A DNA stretch of 64,000 nucleotides from Glaucostegus cemiculus (Eukaryota). A program made the translations under genes and the position numbers. Below the pieces are notes generated by a model that saw nothing but the letters and a program-made list of their open reading frames with translations, ran no database searches and had not been told where the DNA came from. Every line of letters begins with the position of its first letter. Within the stretch, counting starts at the first letter, position 1. The DNA lies in the NCBI GenBank assembly GCA_976551045.1, contig CDPCPM010000344.1, positions 11,284,001 to 11,348,000 on the forward strand, given 5' to 3'. This document shows, in pieces, positions 12,851 through 26,113 of this stretch.

Positions 12851-14573
12851 ATGAATTTAGAACAAGCATTTTGGAGACTTTACTTTGTCCCAGTTTTTCA
12901 ATTAGCCAACTCATTTAGACTTGCATCTGCAAGATGAGATTACAATTTATTGGAAAGTTGTCATTCTATATTGTATTATTAATAACACAGGGATGGAACG
13001 TTGGTATAAGGCATTTACTGCAGATAAAGGGACTATTATGGATACAATTCCTACTGGTTACTTTTGGTGGGTAGCTGGGGATAATGACAGTAGATTTTGT
13101 GGACCCTGACTCTCCATCAGCCTCCGAACTGATGGAGGTGTTGAACATGAGACATGGTCCATATTGGTGAGCCCTGCATTCACGATAGTATCTGTTCCCA
13201 GACCGTTACTATCTCTGAGCACTTGATAGTTTGGACAGACTTGGTCATGAACGGTGAGGGATGGGAAACCATGAGGAGAAGGCTGAGCATGTACTTGGAC
13301 ATGACAGGATGTGGGATGTGTGCCAGCTGCTGCCTACTCCATGGCAACACCTTGGTGCTGGCAGCAGGCAACTCATTTTTAAAAATAGTAAGATGGAGGG
13401 AAATCAGAAATAAATTTCTGTACTCTTGGCATCCTGTCCAGTGGAACTCTGTGGTCTTACACTTGGTTTCCCTGTGATTATTTCCTTTTCAATTCTCTTC
13501 TGTAAATTAGTTTGTCCTTCCTGAGATTTAACAGAAAACTAGGTTTATCAGTGATGTGAATATATTTAAGAAAGTAAATGCAGGAAGGTCCATATGGTTG
13601 TGCTGATTCTTTTAAGAACTGGTGGCTATTTGCTTGTAGCCTGAGCGGAGGGAATCTTTCAATAGGTAATTTCACCAGGACTGATTATGAGGGAAGAACC
13701 AATTTAAATTTCTTATCAGTACAATCATATTGCTAACATTACTGATTAACCCATTTGTACTGATTTTTCTATGCCCTTTTCTTACAGTAAGACCATAACA
13801 GCTGAGTGACTTAAGATTAGGAACATGAAGCCTAGCTTGTGGAATGTAACTGACTCCGGCTGGTATCTGGGGTTTTCTGACACCGTAGCTCAGTTCCACA
13901 CAGGGCAGAACAGGCTAGCAACTTCCAGATCAAGGCATGCGTTTGTCCTGTAGCCGACGGATGTGAGCAGGGCCAGGACCGCACTGAAGGCACACCAATC
14001 CTTCACGCAAGAGGACTGGCAGATGGGTTTATGATATTTTTCTAATTGCAAGGACCATGCAGAAGTAAACTGCAGCTGTCTGGGCTTTGTGTAGTGACTG
14101 ATGGAAACGGATAATTACAGCTTTTAATTATTTTGCACCATAAATAACAGTAATTTGCATGAGTGACTTCTACCTGTGTCCCTCGTGAAGGGAAAATTCA
14201 AACCATCTGTTAACTATTACACTGCGTTTATTTTCTAACTACCTTAATCAAATATGAGGGAAGCTGATGGCAGCTTTCATTGTATAACAGTATCTTGCTA
14301 CTCAACCCTTTTGTTGCCTCAAGGTAGTATTCTTTCCTGTTTCAGTCAATTTTGATTTTTGTACTGTGAAACCGAGTCTAAATGCACCTGTTATAAAGTC
14401 ATTGAACTGTTGGAATATAGGCCACAGAAGAAGGCCATTTGACTTATTGTGTTCACTTCAACCTAATTGGATAAAGCTGTACAAAAACAAAATACAGTGG
14501 CTGCTGAAAATCTGAAATTGAAACCAGAATTTCTGGAAGTGCTCAGTGCAACATCTTGGGGGGGTGGGGGGAG

Positions 14574-14600
14574 GAGAGAGAGAGAGAGAGAGTGTGTGTG
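14574..14600. repeat. (GA)n(GT)n compound microsatellite
   Basis: gagagagagagagagagagtgtgtgtg after a G-run. Confidence 0.85.
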
Positions 14601-14928
14601 TTAGTATTTCAGCACAATGATCTTCCATTAGAACTGGGTTATTGAGTTAAAAGTGAACTCTGGTTCTCCCTAAACTAATATACCTTCACTTTTGTTTGAG
14701 AGGAGTGTGCGCTGAAGTTGATTATATATTCTTCACACCATTTTTGCATCCAAGCAGTCAAATTCAAGAATACTTCTCAAACTTTCCATGCTATGAATGT
14801 GCTTTATGATCCATGCCACACTGGCCAACTCTTCCTGGGATTGGGCGCAGCAATTTTATTTCAAAGGCAATTCCAAGACGAGCTATCTCAATTTGGTTCC
14901 GTCTTCCAGTCATGTGGGGAGCTTTTAA

Positions 14929-14979
14929 TGGATAATGTGCAATGGAGAATTGGATAATGTGCAATGGAGAATTGGATAA
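14929..14979. repeat. 22-bp tandem duplication, 2.3 copies
   Basis: tggataatgtgcaatggagaat repeated exactly twice, then tggataa. Confidence 0.9.
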
Positions 14980-15240
14980 AGCGAGATGGTTTGCTTAGTT
15001 AGAGCAATTCCCATTCCCTTTGTGATGTTTCTCTGAAGTGGATACACTTCAACCTTGACTTTCCTTATTAGTAAATGATCACAGACCATGCAATTGGCAA
15101 AGTTCACCCAGTAATAGTTCAGGATGCAGTATGTCACTATCTATTCCTCATGTTTATCAGGAGTTGGCTCATTCTTTTCCTCTGAGGCCAATTCTACCAT
15201 ATTAGCTGGGGAACTACATGCACAACAGCAGTGTGGAAAT

Positions 15241-15403
15241 AGAGAAATAAGGGATTGCAGATGCTGGAATCTGGAGCAACACAAGACGCTGGAGGAACTC
15301 AGCAGGTCAAGCAGCGTCTATGGAGGGAAATGGACAGTTAACATTTCCGGCTTCGACCTGTAACATCGACTGTCCATTTCCTCCATAGATGCTGCCCGAC
15401 CTG
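15241..15403. mobile_element. Penelope-derived fold-back short element
   Basis: caggtcaagcagcgtctatggagggaaatggacagt ... actgtccatttcctccatagatgctgcccgacctg inverted arms. Confidence 0.7.
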
Positions 15404-16929
15404 TGTAGAAGTACTTTGCTGGAAGGAGTACAACAATTCAAGTCAGCTCACCACCAACTTCTTTGTGGCAATTGGAGATGGGCAACAAATGTTGGTCTTG
15501 CCAGTGACACACACATCTAGAAAAACGAATTTAGGAAAATATTGATTTCCCTGGTCTAGCAGAGTAAATCCAACTTTTGGGGAATGTATGCTATTCTTAA
15601 ACTTGATTTATTGCAGAGTGATTAGAATATTCTTAAGTCATCAACAGATGAGAGAACTGTAAACCTAAAAAATTTATTTGGATTGCTTGCACGATTAAAA
15701 ATGCACTGTCCCTTGCCCTACTAAAAATACATCTTCTGGAGACTTGGCTGTGTTTATCTGCTAACCTTCTGAAATGTTAACACAATATTTACAATGCAGT
15801 AAGCGGCAGTCTATTGGGATGGTTGTCTAGCTCTGTGACCTTCAACTGGGAGAGGACAGTGCTATCTTCTGGAGAATGAGTAATCCCTGTCACTTTGAAG
15901 TGGTATGCATGTCTGATGCTTTGTAGGAGGAGGGTTTCATTTCCACAGGCCTTTTCTTGGTTTGCTTACAATGGTGGAGATCTGGAATATTGGATCTTGG
16001 GCCTTACTTTAATGGCTGGTATCAACACTTGCATCCCGGGAGCTCCCTGGTGAGGTGTGTGCTGAAGTTCAACCTTTTCTGTGATGACAGGCATGTGCAT
16101 TGGACGAGTACTGGGAGGGGGAAGGAGACGTACTGCTATTGCCGTTAGCCTGATCTTCCCAAGGCCATCTCTGTGGCTGCCAGTACTTTACATCCTTAGT
16201 AGGAAGGTGTAGGGGTAGCTACTGGTGTCCACAAGCAGGCATGTACCAGTCTCCCACTCATTACATGAGGATCTTCTTGTGTCATTAAGCTCCCCACAAC
16301 ACTCAGTGGCCAAGGGTATCACCTGGTTCTTGGGTCAGCAGGTGGTCCTGTTACTGGATGTGTAGGGAGTGCCAATAACGAGTGTGTGCACCTGCTCTGC
16401 TGAATGATGGGAGGCCCTGCAAGCCAAGCTGTGGCCTTCCCAGGCCTCCTGGTCTCTAGCTTCTCTGTAGCCACCTCTTCTGGACCCAGCATTTCTGGAG
16501 ACTGGGCACAAGGTGGGCCCGACATTGGGTAAGACCCTGCCATCCAGGGCAGGCACAACCCCAACAACAAGGGACTCCTGCTGTAAACTGAGCCTAGTTG
16601 GAGTTAGACTTGCAGGACTACAGTCAAAGAGGTACCTCTAGTTGATAAGGCTGCAGTAATAATAACAAGAATTAAGAGGCTTGAGCTTCTTCAGTTGACT
16701 CCATACAAGTAATCCTGGTCACCAAACACTTCAGGCCTTCCATGTTTCCCTTAAGCTTCATGGTCACATCACTGCTCACTCCTTGGTGTTTGGGCTGGCC
16801 TGGGGATTACCAGCTCAACATCACCCTCCACTCTCAGCGACAAATGTTAAAAGCAATTCAGCGGTAAAGTTTCCTTTCAGGTACAGAACCATTGGTTACC
16901 CTGGTTGTAGGTAACTCTAATTTAAAACC

Positions 16930-17180
16930 AAGGTATACGGAAGTTTCTTTTCACAAACAAAGGAATTCTTTACCCCCCCCCCCCCAGAGAGTTGTAGAGA
17001 CTAGCTAGTTAGAAGTATTTTAAGTGGAGGTACATACAGTTTTGAAAGATTGGGGAATTGAGGTCTATGGGGATCAGGCACAGGGGAAGAGTTGATGCCT
17101 GGGTTAGATCAGCCATGATCACATTGAATGGTGGGGCAGGCTTAAGGGGCCAGGTGACCTATTCCTGCTCTTATTTTGTT
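16930..17180 (+). mobile_element. CR1 LINE 3' end fragment
   Basis: agatcagccatgatcacattgaatggtggggcaggcttaaggggccaggtgacctattcctgctc, a typical CR1 3' UTR. Confidence 0.6.
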
Positions 17181-17883
17181 CTTGTGCAATGAAAATTCAG
17201 AGCTCTTGAGTTAACACGTAGGCATTGTGGTTTTTATTCCAAAATTCAACTCCATTTGTGTCCAGGAAGCCAGATTTTGAAAGCAAAATTTCAATCGATG
17301 CAGGCTACTATATCACACACCTAATATGTGTAATTGTGGACAAATTTCTGCCCTCTTGTGTCTGTGGTGCTCATTAGGAATTGATTCATTAATTGGAGAG
17401 AGCCAGATTAAGTTCATAACCAAAGAAAATGGATGTGAACCTGGAAGTATGTCAGAGAGGAAAAAGTTAGGTGGCATCAAGTTCTGCACTTTCCTGACTA
17501 GAGGCAAAGATTGATTAAGTTTTGGAACACGAGGAATTGAGTGCCATGAGATTGTGGCGAGAAACACAATTTTGATTCTTGAGTCTCTATGAAATGCGGT
17601 ACCTTGGGGCTAGGGCCATTTGGGATGGATGTTCATGAGGGGAGAGTGCAGGTTCCAATTTTTATATTCTCGAGGCTGTTGCTGACTTTGATTTGCTGTT
17701 TTCCTGCTCAACACAGTTACACAAGTGCATGCGGCTGTTCCCCCCACGTGGAGGGGGAGGAGATGTTCATTCGAAGAGCGAGGATTCCAAGAATCTGGGG
17801 AATTTTATTGGAGAGTATTTCACAGGTGGTTGTGAAAGGATGTGTGAGTTTTAACCGCTTCAACTTATTTTCTCTCCACCTAG

Positions 17884-17970
17884 CCTGAAGCAGCTCTTCA
17901 CACTCCCGTGCAATCATCCTTACTTGGGATTTCCACTGCCAGCACCTGTCTGGCACAGGGATACCTTTGG
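17884..17970 (+). CDS. ARHGEF10L: ARHGEF10L coding exon 4 in window
   Basis: tctctccacctag|CCT; PEAALHTPVQSSLLGISTASTCLAQGYLW; donor TGG|gtaagt; 87 nt, phase 0 to 0. Confidence 0.9.
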
Positions 17971-18111
17971 GTAAGTTATTTCAAAGGAAGTGGGAAGCTG
18001 TAAATTATTTTTCTGCTGTGTGAGAACTTCTAAATTTCATGGCATACTGTTTACTGAATGGTTGGTTTTGTGATGACTTGTGTTTCTCTCTGTTCTTTGT
18101 ACCTTCTGTAG

Positions 18112-18323
18112 ATTGGCAGTGGGCGAGAACAGGGCCAAGGGCAGGTGGACCTTTTCTCACTAAACAGATCCACTCCCAGGCACGTCAAGTCTTTCCAGGT
18201 CACCTCCCGGGTCTTGTGCATGGAGTACATCCCTCAAAAGGTCAGGGGTGAAGAGGATATTGATTGTCCATTGGAGAAGTCTGCAGACAGCCCAGTTATT
18301 GTTATGGGACTTCAAGATGGAAG
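18112..18323 (+). CDS. ARHGEF10L: ARHGEF10L coding exon 5 in window (WD40-like beta-propeller region)
   Basis: cttctgtag|ATT; IGSGREQGQGQVDLFSLNRSTPRHVKSFQVTSRVLCMEYIP...VIVMGLQDG; donor AG|gtaagc; 212 nt, phase 0 to 2. Confidence 0.93.
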
Positions 18324-18354
18324 GTAAGCAGCCACCTTGTGTTGGTAGGTTTGT

Positions 18355-18740
18355 TGTAGGAGGGGAGATTAAGCAGACTGGGCTTCACTTAGCTTAGGTG
18401 AATGGGAGGTGATCTCATTGAAATGTACAAAGTTCTGATGTGGCTCAACAGGGTAGATGTGGAGTTGATGTTTCTCAGATGAAGCCAGTGTGCATAGTTT
18501 CAAAAGGGGTCAGAGCCAAAGAAATTCCTTCATGCAGAGGGCAGTGGGTCTTTAAAAATTTATACCCAAGAGGACTGAAGAGGCTGAGCCTCTGAACGCA
18601 TTCAAGGCAGACTGGTAAGTCTTAGATATTAAAGAAATTGAGGGAATATGTGGTTAGCAAGAAGGTGACATTCATCTATAATCCTCTTAAATACCAAAGC
18701 AGGCACTAGGAGCGGCTGCTCTGCTATTTTTTGCACTCTG
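18355..18740 (+). mobile_element. CR1 LINE 3' end fragment
   Basis: ggaggtgatctcattgaaatgtacaaagttctg (RGDLIE.YK motif) followed by decayed 3' end; starts ~30 bp after the exon donor. Confidence 0.55.
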
Positions 18741-21327
18741 ATAATATTGTCACCAGTTGTGTGGCAGTCAGTTCATCTCATCACTATAGGGGTATACACA
18801 AGGAGCAGGGGGGAGCAGACAGAGGAACTGATATCTCCACACCACCCCCCCCATCCCCCACCAATCCCACATACAACACAACTTGAGGGGTGGGAAGGTG
18901 TAATTTGAGCAATAAATCGTTCCTGTCACAGACGAAGAAGAAGCTGGTAGTCATATTGTGTCACAACATAGACAACACCGGTGGTTAGGATTGAACCCAG
19001 GTCACTTGAGTTGAAGCAACAACTCTACTAGCTGCACTTCAGGGGTATTCACCTTTCACTTGATCTTTGGCATTTTGAACTTTGAAGTTGCAGCACCTTT
19101 GGCAGTGTGGCATTCCCACTCGCTACTGTATTCTATCAGCCGTGAACTTTGTGCTCAAGTCTTGCAATAGGAAGTGAATCCTCCACAATCTTGTACTGTG
19201 AGGGCTTGCACCCAAGTCTAACTGTCAAGGGATTGTTTCCCCAAGTCTCTGAAGGGATCCTGCTGGCCTGCATCTTCTGTTTACACCACAGCAATATTAA
19301 CCGTGTTGAATTCTGCAGACAGCTGTTACTTGCCAAGTCAGGCCAAGGTGATTCAGACTTGAACTTCCTGACTCCAGTCTTCTTGGTCATATATTCTGGA
19401 AGATCCATTTTGGAAAATAGTGTTGCAGTTTATGATTATCAAGTGAATGGATGCACAAGGTCATGTGTGTTTAGTTTTGTTAATGTTGCTGGTCTTGTAT
19501 AGTCCGGCTTGCATTATAAACAAGGTGTATACCACAGCACTCATAGTTTCTCTGGGGTGGTGCTATATTGTTTTTAAAAATATATATTTGAGGGCCCAGT
19601 TATATAATAACATAGCAACACTGTAAACTTTTGCACTCCAGCCTTGAAGTTGCCTGATTTTTGTGTGAAATTTCTTGGCTATTTTAACAAAGGTTTGTTT
19701 TAAACAGTTTGATCCCTTCCTTTGAAACTCCGGGCTGGGCAATTGCATCAGAGGCATTAATTTTGCATGAAAGAGTTTCAAAGCTTCAGCATTTTGGGAC
19801 TTCCCTGATCTGCTTAGTTTTATCCTGCCTCTGCTTTGCAATGTTAAGTGTACTCACTGTGATCTAATCCTGTTACTTATGATCATATTTATTTTGCTGG
19901 TAATCCGTGCCACATTTCTTGAACAGTTTGTGTGGAAGCTTTTTTTTCTTAAAAAAAAATACAGGCATGAAATTATCAGTCTCACCCTGAGACAATAATG
20001 GGAATGGGGAAAGATGAGAATCTGATGTGGTGAAATTTTCTTGCAAGCTTGAAGAAAGTAGTTCAGTCAATTTGGGGAGTTTTATCTTTATTGTATAGTA
20101 ATTTGAATGTGTTCCATTCACTACATTTCCCCTGATTAACACACAATGGACAGAAAGAATGGATAAAATGTTTAAATGCCTTGGTACAGGCATGATTAGA
20201 AGGTCAAAGATGCAGGTCTTTGTATGTTGAATTGTAAACTTGACATCATCAGATGCTGGGTCCATGCACAGATGAAAGCCTCGTCTCTCTGGTCCCCTTT
20301 TCAATGGACAAACAAATAAGCTTCCTTGTTCTCGTGGTGTCTGGTGTGGAAAGTTGCAGAACAGTGTTTTTCCCCCCTATTTCGGCAATGAAGCATCAAC
20401 CAGAACATCCAATAAAACTCCACTTGGATAACAAAGAGTGTATTGTTTAATGGCCTCCCTTCTAAAGTGTCCTGCCTAAGGCTGTGCTCAATGCTTCTAA
20501 TTGTGGATTCAAATTCCAAAGGGCTGTTGAAGCTGCTTAATATCAGTTATGGTACTGAGCTATATGGGCTCTAATCTGTGTCGAGCTTATAATCTTAGTT
20601 GGCAATATTTCAGGTCCAGTGTTTTGAATGAAGAGGGGTACTGAATGGGGTTCCCACTGATCTTTGCTGTTACCAAAAACTGTGCGAGTGAGAATGGAGT
20701 AAGGTATATTGACATTCAGGGAGTGGTGCAGCAGTGAGAGCTTGAGCCCATTGAAGGGAGCAGGTGAAATACCGGAGACATTTTCTTAACTATATAGACT
20801 CATAAAATCAATGCAATTTTTAAAACAATTTTCCAAATTCTTTTCATATTCTGAATGCTTGGGGAAACTTGCAAACCAGATAAACGAGAATGAATGTGAT
20901 TTATTTGGATGTCTATTGTAGCCATTTGTCAACTTTATTGCATTTGTCTTTCACTGTCACTTACGTTGGAATATGAAATTTTCATGGTGATCTGGGTGCT
21001 ATAAAAATGGAAGTTGATCTTTTACTTAGTGCAATTTCCCTGTAACATCAAGTTGGAACAGAAGAGGTCCAGCCAAGTTTTGTCTGTGTTTTTTGTAAAC
21101 TCCTAATTGTGGCTTCTTCCCGTAATCCTCCAAAATGCATCCCTAGTTTAAATGATGTACCTGGAGCTTAGACAATTCTAATGATCTTATTTCTGAAATA
21201 TTTAATTAGTTAATTCGTTCAGGGTGAGCTTGCTTTACATTGATCATCAATTATGGTTTAGTTGGTAGAATTCTCATTCCCGGATTAGAAGGTTGTGAAT
21301 TCCATTCTACTCTACAAGCTAGAGCAT

Positions 21328-21412
21328 GCCTTTCCCTCCATAGATGCTGCCTGACTTGCTGAGTTCCTCCAGCAGTTTGTTTTTTGCTCCAGATTTTGGC
21401 ACCTGCAGTGTC
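21328..21412. mobile_element. Penelope-derived short element, single arm
   Basis: ttccctccatagatgctgcctgacttgctgagttcctccagcagtttg...ctccaga. Confidence 0.65.
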
Positions 21413-22064
21413 TAGCATCACTAGACTGTCACTCCAACAGTGTAGCATTCCTTCAGGGCTGCGCGAGAGGTTTTGTCTTTTGAGTAGATGAACCAATTCC
21501 CAGAGATAAATAAGGCCCATGGCATTATCTTGAAGAAGACAAAGGGAAGTTCTAGCTCATATTTGTGTTTCATGTGGACAAAACCTATATCATAGGCCTT
21601 TGGTATTCAATTCCCAAGGTCCCACGGGGATACTTACTGTCTAGTTCTCATCCTTCACTTTGCCTGCTTAATGAAGTACTAATCCTAATCCACATTGAAA
21701 CCAGTAAACAGCTAGCACAAAGTTGACCATGCCTGCAGGTTATCTTCTTTAGAGCAGCAGATAGAATATGTATCAGTAATCTATGCTGCACCAAATAAGT
21801 GAGAGGGATTTAATAACAAATTATTTTCCCTCCAAGAAGATTCTCTGCCTCACATAGCCAGTCGGTCTGTGTTGTTTGTAGTTTCAGAGCGATTCAATGC
21901 ATATTGTCTCATCCAGTGTGCTGGTAAGGATCTGTGGAAACACAAAGAGGGATCATTCATGCCAAGCAAATGGAATCATTAATCATCCTTACAAGGAAAC
22001 GCTGTGCCTTGGTTTGCAGAACTGCAAAGTCATAATGCAAAGATAATTGGCTGTCGCTGCCCAT

Positions 22065-22830
22065 AGAGTCATACAGCACTGAAGCAGGCCCTTTGGCTCA
22101 CCAAGTCTCTGCTGAATATCAAGCACCCATTTAGACCTATCCTGCACAGGAACCTAGTCTATTGTAGAACATAGAACAGTGCAGTGCAGGAAGAGACCCT
22201 TCAGCCCACCATGTCTATTCCGACCATGACGCCAGTCAAAAACTAATCCCATCTGCCTGCATGTGCTCCATCTCTCCATTTCCTGCCTGTTCATGTGTCT
22301 GTCTAAGTGCCTCTTAAACATCACTATTTTTTCTGCTTCTACCACCTCCTTGGCAGGGCGTTCCACTCTCTATGTAAACAAAAAAGCTTGCCTTGCACAT
22401 CTCCTTGAAACTTTCTCCCTTCTCATCTTAATGCTATCACTTCTAATCTATGACCTTTCCACCCTGGGGTGAAAAGACTCTTATCTACCCTATCTATGCC
22501 TCTCCATAATTTTTCAGGTCACCCCCTCAGCCTCTGCTCCAGCAAAAACGATCCAAGTTTGTCCAACCCCTTATAGTTAATACTCTCCAATCCAGGCAGC
22601 ATCCTGGTTGAACCTCCTCAGCACCCTCGCCAAAGTCTCCACATCCTTCCTACAGTGTGGCGACTAGAACTGCACACATTATTCCAAATGTGACCTAACT
22701 AACCAAAGTTTTATACAGCTGCCACATGACTTCCTGACTTTTGCAATCAGTGCCATGACCAGTGAAGGTAAGCATGCTGTACACTGCCTTTTTACCACTC
22801 TGTCCTCGTGTTGCTGCTTCTAGGGAGTCT
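22065..22830 (-). mobile_element. CR1 LINE 3' fragment(s)
   Basis: Minus ORF ..PAKEVVEAEKIVMFKRHLDRHMNRQ; 3' UTR and (CTAT)-type tail. Confidence 0.75.
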
Positions 22831-22834
22831 CCCC

Positions 22835-23046
22835 AAATTCCCATCAACCCCCTGCTCCACAGATTTTACCACTTGCCTACACATTAGGGGCAATTTGCAG
22901 GGGCCAATTAAACTACCAACTTGCATGGCTTTGGAATGTGGGAGGAAAGCAGAGGAAATCATACTGCACACAGACAAGACCTGAGGTCTGGTTTGAACCT
23001 GAGTAGCTGTCACTGTGAGCTCGATGAACTGTGCCACTGTGCTGCA
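22835..23046 (-). mobile_element. tRNA-derived SINE (V-SINE/HE1-like)
   Basis: Antisense core ctttggaatgtgggaggaaa; tRNA-like head at tgccactgtgctgc. Confidence 0.6.
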
Positions 23047-23257
23047 CGAGCAATTGCAGCCAGTCATTATTGAAAATCAGTGTGTTACAGGACCACAGGT
23101 CAGGCAGCAAACTCTCCAAGCTAAAGTGGAAGGGTGAAGCATTGAGGCCAAGGGAATCTGTTAGCTCATGGATCAACAAGGATCAAACTGCTGACCTGTG
23201 ACTTTGGGAAATCAATGCTGTCAAGTGGAACACGATTACAGAGTGCTATACAAAGCC

Positions 23258-23632
23258 AGAGAAACAAAGGACTGCAGAGGCTGGAATCTTGATGAAAAAA
23301 CAATGATGCTGGAGGAACTCAGCAGGCCAGGCAGCATCCGTGGGGGAAAAGCAGACTGTCAGCGTTTCAGGTCAGGACCCTTCTTCAGGATTGAAGTTGG
23401 GAAAAGGGGAAACCCAATATATAGGAGGGAAAAGCAGAGCAGTGATAGGTGGACAAAAGAGGGGAGGCAGGGTGGGCACAAAGTGGTGATGGGTAGGTGC
23501 AGGTTCTCACCATACATTTGACCCATCCTCGGGTGGATCTACTCTCTCCTCCCCTCCAGCACCCACCTATCACATCTCTTACCTGCATCTACCTATCACC
23601 ATCTGCCTGGTGCCTGGCCTGCTGAGCTCCTC
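23258..23632. mobile_element. Penelope-derived element with internal inversion and hammerhead-like core
   Basis: Family head gctggaggaactcagcaggccaggcagcatc; minus strand 23393-23356 reads CAATC CTGAAGA A GGGTC CT GACCT GAAA CGCT GACAG; internal inverted segments (gtgataggtgg / ccacctatcac). Confidence 0.7.
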
Positions 23633-25009
23633 CTGCTGTACAAAGCTGGTGGTCGAAATGTTGATGATGGGCAGTGCAAGCAATGCAGCTAACAAGTGAC
23701 ACAAGTCAACACGCCCACTCATCCAACCTTTATGGTCTTGATGTCTGCAGGGCAGTGGCAATAATTTGCCCAAACCCTCGTCATGAACTGATCAATGTAC
23801 AAGGATTAATAAAGTGAGGAAGTCACCCCATTCCACTTGAGCATTTCATCTCTCATTTGAGAAATCCAAATGTGAACGTTGATCAGTTGACCTTTAACTT
23901 GCCAACATTTCTGTGCTTCAGGTTACCCAAGTAAATGAAACCTCCAGCCTGCCCAAAGGCTTTGGTTATGTGCTGGAGGGATGGCTGTGCAGGTAGCCTT
24001 TAGGTTCCTTTGTCCTTCCACATGCACATTTATTGCCTGCATTTGATTTCCAACAGAAGCCATGGCAGTAAGTCAGCGTTAAAGGAGGCAGACAGTATGC
24101 GCTGCTTCTGATTGGGCTGATGTGATCTAACATCCCTAGAATGTGTAGATTGTGGGTGAATTGGCCACTGTAAATTGTCTTTGGTGCGTAGGTGACTGGT
24201 CGAACCTGGAAATGTGAACGGGCAATGCCAATTATCTGATTTTTTTGTGTGATAAATAATCAGTATAAGGGAGCTTTAATATTGCCATGTCATCAAATCC
24301 TGCAGGGTTAATTTTCTGCTGGATTTTAGTCCAAGCCATGGTCATAGAAAGATGCAGTCTGGAAATAGGCCTTCCAGCCCATGTGGGGAGAATGAAATGG
24401 GTTAGATTAGTGTAAACAAAAAGGTGCTCGATAGGCAGCACGGACTCCGTGCTGTTTCCACACTGTGTCTCTCTAGGCATAAGCCCTGCTGGATTTGATG
24501 ATGTGGCAAGGTTAAAGTTCCCTTATACTGATCACTTATCACACAAAGCCAGATCATTGACACTGCTCCTTCACATCTCCATCTCCTGGAAGCAGCAAGA
24601 TACCAAAGGAACTGCCACACCTTAGAAATAATAGTGGGCTACCAATTGGGTTTGTCTGCTTTCAAAAAAATCAGGTGAACAACAAAGATTGCCCATGGGA
24701 AGATCAGTGCAGCAGATGTCACACCATCTTTGGGAGGCCTTGCCATGTGCTCCATCAGGACTTGGTAGAGGAACTTTGCTGCTGGAATGATAGAACATAA
24801 AACTTTTAAAGCAATCGCAAAACAAATGACAAAGGGAACATGTAAATTATTATCACCTTTATATTTCCTTTTTGGAAGTGCTTTTCAACGATGCTTGCTA
24901 GGTCCACTGTTTCAATGGCACATCCCCTTTGTATCTACAATGGTGTGGGAGGAAAGCTGCTCTCTTTTGGTTGGGCTGACTGCTGCTGGTTGTGTTGAAT
25001 GCTCATGAA

Positions 25010-25415
25010 CATCCGCAGAAGGCAACATCCATCATCAAAGATCCCCACAGTCCAGGCCATGCCGTCGTCTTTCAGCTGCCATCGGGCAGGAGGTACAGCA
25101 GCCTGAAGTCCCACACCACGAGGTTCAAGAACAGCTACTTCCCTTCAGCTGTTCGGTTCTTGAACCAACCTGCACAACCCTAATCACTACCTCAGTACAG
25201 CAACATTATGACCACTTTGTACAAAGTCCATTATAGTTTTTTGTTCTAATTGTGTTCTATCTTGTATAATTCTGTATAATTCATGCTTAATTTATGTTTT
25301 TCTTGAAAATGTTGTGTATCTGATGTTATGTGCCTATGATGCTGCTGCAAGTAAGATTTTCATTGCACCTGTGCACACATGTACTTGTGCATATGGCAAT
25401 AACTTCGACTTTGAC
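25010..25415 (+). mobile_element. Rex1/Babar-type LINE 3' end (RT C-terminus + 3' UTR)
   Basis: KATSIIKDPHSPGHAVVFQLPSGRRYSSLKSHTTRFKNSYFPSAVRFLN, the typical Rex1 C-terminus (I.KD..HP.H..F..LPSGRRY...T.R..NSFFP). Confidence 0.8.
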
Positions 25416-26113
25416 AGCGACAACGGCATCTTGGGATGAGTGGCTGTGGTCTGGGATAGCTAGCTATGGCGCACAGACAACAGCATTGCCTGTGAACCAG
25501 TGGTGGAAGTAGAAGTGCAGACATCCTGATAGGGAGCAGGATTTTCCTACTCCCCAGTGCCACTAGAACTCACCTGGGACTGATGGACCAGGGGCTTGGT
25601 GTTTGGTATGAACCATATCACGTAGCTACTGTCAAAGCTCCAGAACTATTTGAACATAAGCAATCAACTCCCTCATGATGTTTGACAGACTGTGATAAGG
25701 TCTTGTGCAGGGAAGGACTGGGTAGAATCTTTCTCTTGAGAGTCTGCAGTGATAAAGAGAATTCAAAATAAATCAATTAGTAAATTAGACATTACAATTC
25801 CCCCCAAGGCTGGTGTTGTTTTTCAATGGAGGCCAGTTACAAATAAACTTGCATCTTAATGTTATTTACAGTGAATAAAGTCATCAGTCAAACACTCCCC
25901 TATAAATGAAGGAGATTTATCAACGTGCAATATACAATCCCCTGTGAGAAAAGCAAAGAAAAATAGTTTCTTTCGAGTCCTGTCAAACTATGTAGCAAAT
26001 TAACTTTTCTTTTGTGGAAAATTTCCTCCTCATCCTTCCCCTCTGTTCATTGTCTAATTTTTTTTCATATCCACAGGTAAAGCGCAGACATTAATCCATC
26101 TTTTTCTTTCCAG

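Noticed and set aside
14929-14979. Direct repeats considered as a CRISPR-like array
   Set aside because: No spacers, only 2.3 adjacent copies, eukaryotic intron; a simple tandem duplication
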